Shown here: positions 1 to 8,287 of the stretch, piece by piece
Layout of the letters: each line of letters begins with the position of its first letter
Position numbering within the stretch: the stretch's first letter is position 1
From: an uncultured Spirochaetota bacterium
Lineage (GTDB): Bacteria > Spirochaetota > Spirochaetia > SZUA-6 > Fen-1364
Direction: 5' to 3'
DNA length: 64,000 nucleotides
Assembly (NCBI GenBank): GCA_963734545.1
Contig: CAVTHO010000003.1
Span: 160,001 to 224,000, forward strand
Position numbers and translations under genes: made by a program
The notes under the pieces: model-generated
Seen by the model: the letters and a program-made list of their open reading frames with translations, nothing else
What the model was told of the DNA's origin: nothing
Databases searched by the model: none

Positions 1-2
1 GT

Positions 3-596
3 GAATGGGACCGGAGCATGTCCGTCATCCTCCGCCTCACCGGAGGATTCACCGTGCTGGGAGGCAAGTTCGAGGAGGAGCTCATCTCGAGCCCCGAGGC
101 GGCGCTCTCTCTCGGCGCGGCGGGCGTGGCGGTCACGGTGAAGTTCGGCCACGAGCGGGAAGGGGAGTTCGCGCGGCAGGCTTCCCTCGTGGCGGACAGC
201 TGCGAGCGATGGGGACTGCCCCTGATGATCGAGGCCATGGCAAAGAGCAAGGACATGAAGGCGAGCGACCCGCGGGGCGTCCTGCTCGCGTCCCGCGCCG
301 CGCAGGAGATCGGGGCGGACATCGTGAAGACCTGGTACACGGGAGACCCCGAGAGCTTCCGCCGCGTCGTGGAAGGCTGTCCCGTGCCCATCGTGATCCT
401 CGGGGGGGAAAAGTCGGAAACGCTCGAGGCGGTCTTCAGTGACGTGTACGGCGCCCTGCAGGCCGGCGCAAAGGGGATCGCGATCGGGCGCAACATCTGG
501 CAGCACGGCAAGACCCGGGAAATGGTGGAGGCCATGGTCGGTCTCGTGCACGAGAGCTGGACGGTGAAGCAGGCGCTGCACCACCTGGGCGGCTGA
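3..596 (+). CDS. Class I aldolase, DhnA/LsrF/FbaB family (5'-truncated by window edge)
   Basis: Motifs LGAAGVAVTV, WGLPLMIEAM, EIGADIVKTWY (Schiff-base Lys), PVPIVILGG and GIAIGRNIWQ; frame is open upstream of ATG 18. Confidence 0.85.
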   Translation, partial: EWDRSMSVILRLTGGFTVLGGKFEEELISSPEAALSLGAAGVAVTVKFGHEREGEFARQASLVADSCERWGLPLMIEAMAKSKDMKASDPRGVLLASRAAQEIGADIVKTWYTGDPESFRRVVEGCPVPIVILGGEKSETLEAVFSDVYGALQAGAKGIAIGRNIWQHGKTREMVEAMVGLVHESWTVKQALHHLGG

Positions 597-597
597 G

Positions 598-1740
598 GTG
601 CCGGCGCTCGCCTTTGCGACCAACTTCCTGTGGGTCATGGTGATCGGCCTCCTGGGGCCGTCCCTTCCCGCCATGGTCGCGGACCTGGGCATCACGTATG
701 CGCAGGCCGGGTTCTTCTTCACCCTGCTCTCATTCGGGTCCCTGATCGGCACGAGCCTCGGCGCCATCGGCAGCGACTACGTTCCACGGAAGCTCCTGTT
801 CGGCCTGTGCATCTTCGTTCTTTCCGTGGGCCTGTTCGTCCTGGGACTGATGCCGAGCTACGTGCTGGTCGCGCTCGTCATCTTCCTCCTGAGCCTGACG
901 GGGAGCCCGATCGGCGCCATCGGTCAGAGCATCATGCTGGGAATGTTTCCCGGCAAGCGGGAGAAATACCTCTCCTACATGGCGTTTTTCGGCGCGCTCG
1001 GCAACCTCCTTGCTCCGGTGGTCGTGTCTCTGAACTTCACTGCCTCCCTCAGCTGGAGGTGGCCGTTCATCGAGACTGCAGTCCTGGCGTTCATTGTGTT
1101 CATCGCGCTCCTCGCCACACCCATCCCTTCTGCTGCACCGGTGCATCGGCCCGAGAAGCTCGCCACGATCATGAAGAATCGCGGCGTCCTGTCCTCCGCC
1201 GTGCTCATATTCTTTTCCGTGGGCGCGGACCTCGGTTTCTCGTACTGGCTGGCCGAGTACTTCAAGAGCGAGCTGCACGCGAGCCTTCGAATGTCGAGCT
1301 CGGTGGTGGGCGTCTACCTGGTGGGCATCCTCGTGGGCAGGATCCTGGTACCCGTGTTTCTCAAGAGGATCAGCGCGCGCGCCAACCTCATCATGGGGCT
1401 CGGTGTCGCGCTCGTCTCCATTGTTCCCTTCATCATCGTCCCGTCGGTTCCGCTCAAGATCGCGCTCTGCGCGGTGTACGGCTTCGGGATAGGGCCGGTT
1501 TTTCCCCTGCTGGTGGCACGGGGATCGCGCGAGTTTCCTTCCCAATCAGGAGCGGTCACCGGTGTCCTCTTTGGGTGCCTGTCCCTGGGCGGCATGATCT
1601 TTCCTCTGCTGGTGGGGGCGATTGCAGGTTCCGCCGGGATTGCACGATCCTATTTCTTCTGCGCGGTGATCGCCTGCGGCCTTCTCGTGGCGGTGATCGC
1701 GGGCCCTACAGAACGACCCGCGAGTCGCCGTCCCGCTTGA
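598..1740 (+). CDS. MFS transporter (sugar/FucP-like)
   Basis: About 12 hydrophobic helices; GSDYVPRK motif-A-like loop; GTG start directly after the aldolase stop. Confidence 0.85.
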   Translation: MPALAFATNFLWVMVIGLLGPSLPAMVADLGITYAQAGFFFTLLSFGSLIGTSLGAIGSDYVPRKLLFGLCIFVLSVGLFVLGLMPSYVLVALVIFLLSLTGSPIGAIGQSIMLGMFPGKREKYLSYMAFFGALGNLLAPVVVSLNFTASLSWRWPFIETAVLAFIVFIALLATPIPSAAPVHRPEKLATIMKNRGVLSSAVLIFFSVGADLGFSYWLAEYFKSELHASLRMSSSVVGVYLVGILVGRILVPVFLKRISARANLIMGLGVALVSIVPFIIVPSVPLKIALCAVYGFGIGPVFPLLVARGSREFPSQSGAVTGVLFGCLSLGGMIFPLLVGAIAGSAGIARSYFFCAVIACGLLVAVIAGPTERPASRRPA

Positions 1741-3481
1741 GAAGACCGTCCTTTTCCATGCGATTCAGCAGGGGGATGACGTATTTCCTGGAGAGGCCCG
1801 TCCTCTCCTTGGCCTCGGGAATCGAGAACCGCTCGGCCTTTTTCCTGCCGGCCAGCACCCGCGCCGCGAGCTCGTCGAACACGGTCCGCGCGTAGCAGAT
1901 GCCCCCTTCCAGGGGCACGACAAGGGAGAGCCGGATCAGGGTTTTCAGCTCCTTCTGTGCGCCCTCGATTCCCGTATGGGTCGATTCGAACCCTGCTTTT
2001 CCCGCGCGCTCGATTTCGGAGAGGAGCCGCCGCCCCCGCGCGGAAAGCCCGCTCTTGTCCGGCTCGGCCCGCGCGAAGTACAGGTCGCGGGCAGGCGTCA
2101 AGACCCCCTTTGCCACGAGTGAGGCAAGCACGCTCTTCAGGGCGTCCCCGTCGATGCGCAGCTTGCTCTCCAGCTCGCGGGATGACACGCCGGCAGGCAG
2201 GGCGGCGACGGCGAGTATGTCCGCGGTGAGCTTCTCCAGCCACGGCGGGTGGAAGAGCCACTCGTCGATCACGACAGGGCTCCCGGCGTCGTCGAGGGAC
2301 AGGTCCTTCGGCTTCCGCGCGAGGCCGTGGAAGCGGAGCTCGAGCAGAAAGCGGTCCGGGTCACGCGGCCTTTCCGGCATCGCGGCGAGCAGCCCGGCGA
2401 GCCGTCCGCGCTCTTCTTTCTTCACCTCGCCGAACCAGAGTATGCGGCCGCTGCCCAGGATCTCGCTGCCCCCGTGGCGGATGACGAGAAATGGCTGACC
2501 CCAGAGCGCCGGCAGCGGCTCCCGAAGCTGGATCCGCGCGACCCGGCGGTCTCCCATGTAATGAAGCTGCGCCATCACGTGTCCGGTGCCCAGCGCCACT
2601 TCCACCTCGGAATGGTTTCTCATCTCCGACAGCCCCTGGAGCCCCTCGACGGGCCGCACGCGTGCCATGAGCTCCGTTTCGGAAGAGAACGGCGCGCGCG
2701 GGGAGGTGATGCAGTTGCCGCGCCTGATCTCGCCGCGGGTTTTCTGGAGGTTGAGCGCGAGCCGCGACGTCGGTCTTGCTTCGCTCACCGAGGCGTTGTA
2801 GCTCTGCATGCCGCGGACCCTCACGGTTTCCCGCTGCGGCAGGAGCACCAGCTCGTCCCTTTCCGTGCACGGCGCGCCCTTGAGGCTGCCGGTCACCACG
2901 AGCCCCGATCCCTTGATCGTGAACACCCGATCCACGTAGAGAAAGGGAAAGCCGGGCGCGTCGCCGCGCATCGGGAGAGCGGAGACAGTCCTTGTGATGA
3001 GGTCTTTCAGCGCACCCACGTTCCTGCCCGTGAGCGCGGAGACCGCGATGCAGGGAGGCTCCGCGCCGAAGATCTTCGCGCAGCGCGCCCGCGCATCTCT
3101 TCCAATCTCTTCCACGCGGTTTTCCGCGGCCGCGTCCGTCTTGGTCACGACGACGATGACGGAGCCCACGTCGAGGGACGCGAGGACCACGGCGTGGTCC
3201 TGGGTCTGCTGCATCCACCCGTCGTCCGCCGCCACGAGAAGCAGGGCGCAGTCCAGGCTCCAGGCGCCCGCCACCATGTTGCGGATGAACCTTTCGTGCC
3301 CCGGCACGTCGATGACGCCGATGGGCTCGCCGTTCTCCCCCGCAAACCATGCGAACCCGAGGTCGATCGTCATGCCGCGGGCTTTCTCTTCGGGCAGCCG
3401 GTCCGGGTTGATTCCCGTCAGCGCCTCGATGAGCGTGGTCTTTCCGTGATCGACGTGTCCCGCGGTCCCGATGACGTGCAA
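1706..3481 (-). CDS. selB: Selenocysteine-specific elongation factor SelB
   Basis: TTG start; HVIGTAGHVDHGKT, RGMTIDLGF, DVPGHERF and TKTD G-motifs; C-terminal winged helix GLSRKYVIPLL. Confidence 0.95.
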   Translation of the reverse strand: MHVIGTAGHVDHGKTTLIEALTGINPDRLPEEKARGMTIDLGFAWFAGENGEPIGVIDVPGHERFIRNMVAGAWSLDCALLLVAADDGWMQQTQDHAVVLASLDVGSVIVVVTKTDAAAENRVEEIGRDARARCAKIFGAEPPCIAVSALTGRNVGALKDLITRTVSALPMRGDAPGFPFLYVDRVFTIKGSGLVVTGSLKGAPCTERDELVLLPQRETVRVRGMQSYNASVSEARPTSRLALNLQKTRGEIRRGNCITSPRAPFSSETELMARVRPVEGLQGLSEMRNHSEVEVALGTGHVMAQLHYMGDRRVARIQLREPLPALWGQPFLVIRHGGSEILGSGRILWFGEVKKEERGRLAGLLAAMPERPRDPDRFLLELRFHGLARKPKDLSLDDAGSPVVIDEWLFHPPWLEKLTADILAVAALPAGVSSRELESKLRIDGDALKSVLASLVAKGVLTPARDLYFARAEPDKSGLSARGRRLLSEIERAGKAGFESTHTGIEGAQKELKTLIRLSLVVPLEGGICYARTVFDELAARVLAGRKKAERFSIPEAKERTGLSRKYVIPLLNRMEKDGLLKRDGDSRVVL

Positions 3482-3486
3482 GGCGC

Positions 3487-4834
3487 TCACACCCCGAGGG
3501 CGGTCCGAATGGCGGAGGCGATATCGTGTTCGCTTTCGCCGTGCATCGTGGCGAGCGAGAGTCGTCACCCGGCCGTCCTCGATTATGCCGATGATCGGTG
3601 TCTCCCGGCTGCGGAGGGACCGAAGGAGGTCTTCCGGCTTCTGTTCCGAGGCGAGCTCGATGGAGAGCGATGGAAAAAACTCGTCCGGGGCGCTTCCCCC
3701 GCCCGTGGAGATTTTCGAGCTGACGAGAGACGCACTGCCGCGCGGGATATCGCGGAGGATTCTTTCCCCCATTGCGCGCAGCTCCTCGGGCGGCAGGGCG
3801 AGAGTGCGTTCCGCCTGCCCGATTTCCGTGCCATTGAGCCGCGCCACGAGATGGTGCTCGAGGAGGGAGTAGATGGTCTTGCCCGGTCGAACGGCGCGCA
3901 GCAGGGGATGCGCCGCGAGGCGGCGCACGAGATCCCTTTTTCCCGCGACGATTCCCGCCTGGGGGCCTCCCAGCACCTTGTCTCCCGAGAAGCACACCAG
4001 GTGGGCCCCCTTTTCCAGCAGGGACCGCACGCGTGTCTCCCCGGCGATATTCTCCGAGACGGTGCCCGACCCCTGGTCCACGGCGAGCACGACGTCCGGT
4101 GGGAGACTCTTCGCAAGCTCCGCAATATCCGGTTTTTCAGTGAATCCCCTGACCCGGAAGTTGGAGGTGTGCACCAGAAGCACCATCCCGGTATTCTCCG
4201 TGACCGCGTCCCGGTAGTCCGCCAGCGTCGTGATGTTCGTCGTGCCCACCTCGACCAGTCGCGCTCCCGAGAGGGCGAGTATCTCGGGGATCCGGAACCC
4301 CCCGCCGATCTGCACCTGCTCTCCCCGGGATACAATGACATCCCTTCCCCGTGCCAGCGCGGCGAGCGTGAGGAGCACCGCCGCGGCGTTGTTGTTCACC
4401 ACCAGCGCGTCCTCACAACCCGTCAGGAGGCCCAGCAGCTCGGGACAGATCCCGTTCCTGCTGCCCCGCCTGCCCGTGTCCAGGTCGAGCTCCACGTTGG
4501 AATACCCGGTGTTCGCGTCCGCCGCATTGTCCCAGACGGACCGGGAAAGCGGTGAGCGGCCCATGTTGGTGTGCAGGATGATGCCCGTCGCGTTGATCAC
4601 CTTCCTGATCCGCTTCGAGGCATGCCGCTGGCATTCCTGCTCGATCCGGCTCACGAGGGCGCTCTCTTCGAATACCGTTCCCTGCTCGCGTATCTCATTG
4701 CGCGCCTCTGCGAGGACATCCGAAACGATCCGCGCCACCAGCGGCCTGCTGAGAGCCGGGCACTGCGCCGCGATTATGGGATGCTCGAGCAGCTTCTCTA
4801 CCTGGGGGATGCTCCTGTAGCTTTTTTCGGGCAT
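3487..4834 (-). CDS. selA: L-seryl-tRNA(Sec) selenium transferase SelA; 1-nt frameshift near 3566 makes it appear fused to SelB
   Basis: VINATGIILHTNMGRS, VNNNAAA, SRGEQVQIGGGFRIP and FSGDKVLGGPQAG (PLP Lys); removing one base gives a normal C-terminus VRLSLATMH...ALGV* with TGA at 3489-3487. Confidence 0.93.
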
Positions 4835-4842
4835 TGCTGTCG

Positions 4843-4931
4843 CGGAAGAGGCAGGAATCGAACCTGCCGCTGCAATATCTGCAGCCAACGGTTTTGAAGA
4901 CCGTGGAGACCACCAGATCCCATCAGCTTCC
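4843..4931 (-). tRNA. selC: tRNA-Sec (anticodon UCA)
   Basis: GGAAGCTG-AT-GGGATC TGGT GGTCTC (6-bp D stem, 4-nt loop)-ACGGT CTTCAAA ACCGT-long variable arm GCTGCA GATAT TGCAGC-GCAGG TTCGATT CCTGC-CTCTTCC-G; lies between selD and selA. Confidence 0.95.
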
Positions 4932-4982
4932 GGCCCATGATAGGAGCCGCTGACGGGTTAGTCAATGCGGACGCCTTCGGCG

Positions 4983-6038
4983 TCAATCCACATGGATTGT
5001 ACCCGCGGGCACCGACGGGTCCGCTTCTCCAATGATCACGGCATCGATGCCCGCGCTTTTCAGCTCAGCGACACACTGCTCTGTCTCCCTTTCCGGAACA
5101 GCGGCGAGAAGACCGCCGGAGGTTTCCGGGCTGAAGAGCATCCTGCGCGTGAGCTCCGGGATATCCGAGCCGAATCGGACAGAAGGCTCGAAAGCGGCAC
5201 GGTTGTTCTTCGTGCCCCCGGGGAAGGCGCCGGCTTCTCCCGTGGCCATCGCTCCGTCGATGAAATGCATGCGCGAGGCATGGAAGCGCAGGCCGATCGA
5301 GCTCTTGCGGGCCAGGTCCAGACCGTGGCCAAGAATCGAGAATCCCGTCACGTCCGTGCACGCGGAAACGCCGCGCGCGGCGAGGGTCCGAGACGCGTCC
5401 CGGTTGAGGACCTTCATCGAAGCCACGGCGCGTGCGAGCACGGCCGCGGGCGCGATGCCCCGTTTGAGCGCCGTTGTGATGACCCCCACGCCCAGGGGCT
5501 TGGTGAGCACCAGCGAATCCCCGGCCCGGACGCCGGTCTTGACGAACATGCGGCGCGGATCGACGAACCCGATGACGGCAAGACCGTAGGTGGGCTCCTG
5601 CGAGCTGATCGTGTGGCCGCCCACGACCACGCAGCCCGCCTCCTTCGCTTTCTCCCCTCCGCCGCGCATGATCTCGGAGATCACGTCGGCGGGCAGGGTC
5701 GAGGGGAAGCCTGCGATGTTCAGCGCCAGTGCAGGCTCGCCGCCCATGGCATAGACGTCGCTCAGGGCGTTCGCCGCGGCAACCGCGCCGAAGTCGTAGG
5801 GATCGTCCACCACCGGCGTAAAAAAGTCCGCGGTGAAGACGAGCGCCCGTGAGTCATCAAGACTGTACACCGCCGCATCGTCCCCGGCCTCGAGCCCTAC
5901 GAGGAGCTCGGGCCGGCTCCCTGCGGGGAAGAGATCCGCGAGAGGGCGCAGAACCTGCGCCAGGGCTTCGGGGCCCATTTTCGCGGCTCAACCACCGGCG
6001 GAGCAAAGGGACGTGAGCCGTATCGGGTCTCGCGCCAT
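4983..6038 (-). CDS. selD: Selenide, water dikinase SelD; selenoprotein (Sec17)
   Basis: MARDPIRLTSLCSAGG-UGA(5990-5988)-AAKMGP matches the SelD active-site C/U-x-x-K; also DDAAVY, DFFTPVVDDP, NALSDVYAMGG, TDVTGF and PETSGGLL. Confidence 0.95.
5945..5961 (-). promoter_or_regulatory. Bacterial SECIS hairpin of selD
   Basis: Minus strand GGCGCAG-GTT-CTGCGCC, a perfect stem with G in the loop, starting 26 nt after the in-frame UGA; lower stem CCGCGA/TCGCGG. Confidence 0.8.
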
Positions 6039-6110
6039 GCAGACACCATACTCCAACCGCGGCGCGCGTTCAATTGACGGGCTCCGGGCGGTCGTGATAC
6101 GAATTGCGGC

Positions 6111-7169
6111 ATGCAGGAGTTCCTCATCTGCGGCATCCAGCAGGTCGGAGTCGGCGTGCAGGATTTTGCGCGGGAAGTGGGCTGGTGCGGCCGGGTGCTG
6201 GGCATCGATGTGCGGATATTCGAAGAGCAGGGCGAGGCCGCGTTGATGCTTCCCTACACCGGAGGAGTTCCCCAGGAAAGACGGGCGCTGCTTGCGGTCA
6301 ATATCCAGGGAGGAGCAGGCCTGGAAATCTGGCAATACACGAAACGGACGCCCCGGCCGCCGGGCTTCACCGTTCAGCCGGGTGACATCGGAATCTGCTG
6401 CACCCGGATCAAGGCGCGGGACCCCCGGAATGCACGGACGCGCATGCAGATCGCCGGCGTGCCGGACCTGGGACCGGCCCGGACAGACCCTGCCGGCGAT
6501 CCGACTTTCTACCTGCGTGATCCCCAGGGTCTGGTTTTCCAGGTTGTGCGGGGACGGGACTGGCTGACTGCCGGACATTCACCGACGGGCGGCGTCAGCG
6601 GCTGCATGATCGGAGTCACCCGAATGGAGCGGGCGCTTCCCTTCTACCAGGGGATACTCGGTTACGATCGCGTCATCTACGACAGGGAAGGAAGGTTCGA
6701 GGACCTCGAGGACCTGGCCGGCGGCACCTCCCGGATGCGGCGCGTGCTTCTGGAGCACAGCGCGCCGCCGCGCGGCGCCTTCAGCCCGCTGCTCGGCTCC
6801 AGCCGCCTGGAGCTCGTGCAGGTCCTCGACCGCGCGCCGCGCCGGATCTTCGCGGATCGGTTCTGGGGGGACCCCGGATTCATCCATCTCTGCTTCGACG
6901 TGCGGGGAATGGACGCGTTGAAGAATCGCTGCGAATCCGCCGGCTTCCCCTTCACGGTGGACAGCGGCGGTTCCTTCTCCATGGACGGCGCGGCGGGCCG
7001 GTTCGCCTACGTGGAGGACCCGGACGGCACGCTGATCGAGTTCGTGGAGACCTACCGGGTCGACATCGTGAAAAAGTGGGGACTGCACATCGACCTTCGC
7101 CGCAGGAGGCCCGAGAAGCCGCTTTCCCGCCTGCTGCTGCGCGCATTGGGGCTGAACAGGATCAGGTGA
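6111..7169 (+). CDS. VOC (glyoxalase/bleomycin resistance) family protein, two-domain
   Basis: GIQQVGVGV, LEIWQY, FYLRDPQG, LELVQ, GFIHLCFDV and YVEDPDGTLIEFVE motifs. Confidence 0.8.
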   Translation: MQEFLICGIQQVGVGVQDFAREVGWCGRVLGIDVRIFEEQGEAALMLPYTGGVPQERRALLAVNIQGGAGLEIWQYTKRTPRPPGFTVQPGDIGICCTRIKARDPRNARTRMQIAGVPDLGPARTDPAGDPTFYLRDPQGLVFQVVRGRDWLTAGHSPTGGVSGCMIGVTRMERALPFYQGILGYDRVIYDREGRFEDLEDLAGGTSRMRRVLLEHSAPPRGAFSPLLGSSRLELVQVLDRAPRRIFADRFWGDPGFIHLCFDVRGMDALKNRCESAGFPFTVDSGGSFSMDGAAGRFAYVEDPDGTLIEFVETYRVDIVKKWGLHIDLRRRRPEKPLSRLLLRALGLNRIR

Positions 7170-7180
7170 GGGGCGCCGGT

Positions 7181-8062
7181 ATGAAAATTCATCTGGTGGA
7201 TGGAACATACGAGCTGTTTCGGAGCTACTTCGGGGCTCCTCCCAGAAAGGCTCCTGACGGACGTGAGGTCGGTGCAACCGTCGGCCTCCTGAGGAGCCTT
7301 CTCTCACTGGTCTCGACGCCGGGTGTGACCCATGTCGCGTGCGCCTTCGACCACGTCATCGAATCCTTCCGCAATCGGCTTTACCCCGGCTACAAGACAG
7401 GCGAGGGCGTCGAGCCTGCTCTTCTGGCCCAATTCCCGCTCGCTGAAAGCGCCATTGCCGCGCTGGGGATCGTGGTCTGGCCCATGGTGGAGTTCGAGGC
7501 GGATGATGCGCTGGCTGCCGGCGCGTCGCGTTTCAAGGACCAGCCCGGCGTCGAGCAGATAGTGATTTGTTCCCCGGACAAGGACCTGGCCCAGTCTGTT
7601 TCCGGAGTGAAAGTGGTGTGCTGGGACCGGCGCCGCGACATCGTGCTGGACGAGCAGGGAGTCATCGCGAAGTTCGGCGTCCGACCGCACTCCATCCCCG
7701 ATTGGCTCGCATTGGTGGGGGACGCTGCCGACGGATATCCCGGCATTCCGCTGTGGGGAGGCAAGTCCGCATCCGCCGTGCTGTCTCGATTCGATCATCT
7801 CGAGTCGATCCCGGAAGACCCCGCCGGGCTCGGAGTTCCGCCGGCGCGCGCCGTGAAGCTCCTGGAGAGCCTTCACGCCCACCACGATGAGGCCCTGCTC
7901 TACCGGCGCCTGGCGACTCTCCGCACGGACGTCCCGCTCGCACAGACGCTCGAGGACCTGGAGTGGCAGGGTGCCGCTCCCGGGCTGAAGGAGGTCTGTC
8001 ACGCACTGGGGGATGAAGCGACACTTACCCGCATTTCGAGATGGCGCGGCTCGCGTGCCTGA
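7181..8062 (+). CDS. Stand-alone 5'-3' exonuclease / flap endonuclease
   Basis: IHLVDGTYELFR, AFD, YPGYK, EADD, SPDKD and LVGDAADGYPGIP (H3TH) motifs. Confidence 0.9.
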   Translation: MKIHLVDGTYELFRSYFGAPPRKAPDGREVGATVGLLRSLLSLVSTPGVTHVACAFDHVIESFRNRLYPGYKTGEGVEPALLAQFPLAESAIAALGIVVWPMVEFEADDALAAGASRFKDQPGVEQIVICSPDKDLAQSVSGVKVVCWDRRRDIVLDEQGVIAKFGVRPHSIPDWLALVGDAADGYPGIPLWGGKSASAVLSRFDHLESIPEDPAGLGVPPARAVKLLESLHAHHDEALLYRRLATLRTDVPLAQTLEDLEWQGAAPGLKEVCHALGDEATLTRISRWRGSRA

Positions 8063-8081
8063 CCCGGATGCAGCCGCGGGC

Positions 8082-8110
8082 TTGACACAGGCGCACGGAG
8101 CGGCTATTTT
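8082..8110 (+). promoter_or_regulatory. Sigma70 promoter of the ilv leader
   Basis: TTGACA-17 bp-TATTTT just upstream of the leader ATG at 8122. Confidence 0.65.
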
Positions 8111-8121
8111 CCCATAAGATC

Positions 8122-8211
8122 ATGAAGCAGATCAGCCTTCGGCATACACCGGTCGCGCTCGTCCTCGTAGTAGTCGTACTGCTCGGGAGCACCTCCGTGT
8201 GTGCACCGTAG
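8122..8211 (+). CDS. ilvBN attenuator leader peptide MKQISLRHTPVALVLVVVVLLGSTSVCAP
   Basis: 29-aa ORF with a Val/Leu run, directly before the terminator and ilvB. Confidence 0.85.
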   Translation: MKQISLRHTPVALVLVVVVLLGSTSVCAP

Positions 8212-8232
8212 GCTTATCAATTCGAGCCAGAT

Positions 8233-8270
8233 AAGCCCCCCTCGGTGAACACCGAGGGGGGCTTTTTTTT
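8233..8270 (+). terminator. Attenuator intrinsic terminator
   Basis: AAGCCCCCCTCGGTG-AA-CACCGAGGGGGGCTT followed by a T run; competing antiterminator GGCTTATC(8211-8218)/GATAAGCC(8230-8237). Confidence 0.9.
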
Positions 8271-8287
8271 CGGGCAAAGGAGGCCCC

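Noticed and set aside
2249-4555. Long antisense ORFs (also 8132-9673, 39281-40867 and 55487-57160)
   Set aside because: Shadow ORFs of GC-rich genes on the opposite strand, with no recognisable motifs
4834-4888. N-terminal extension of SelA given in the ORF track
   Set aside because: It overlaps the tRNA-Sec gene; the real start is more likely ATG 4834
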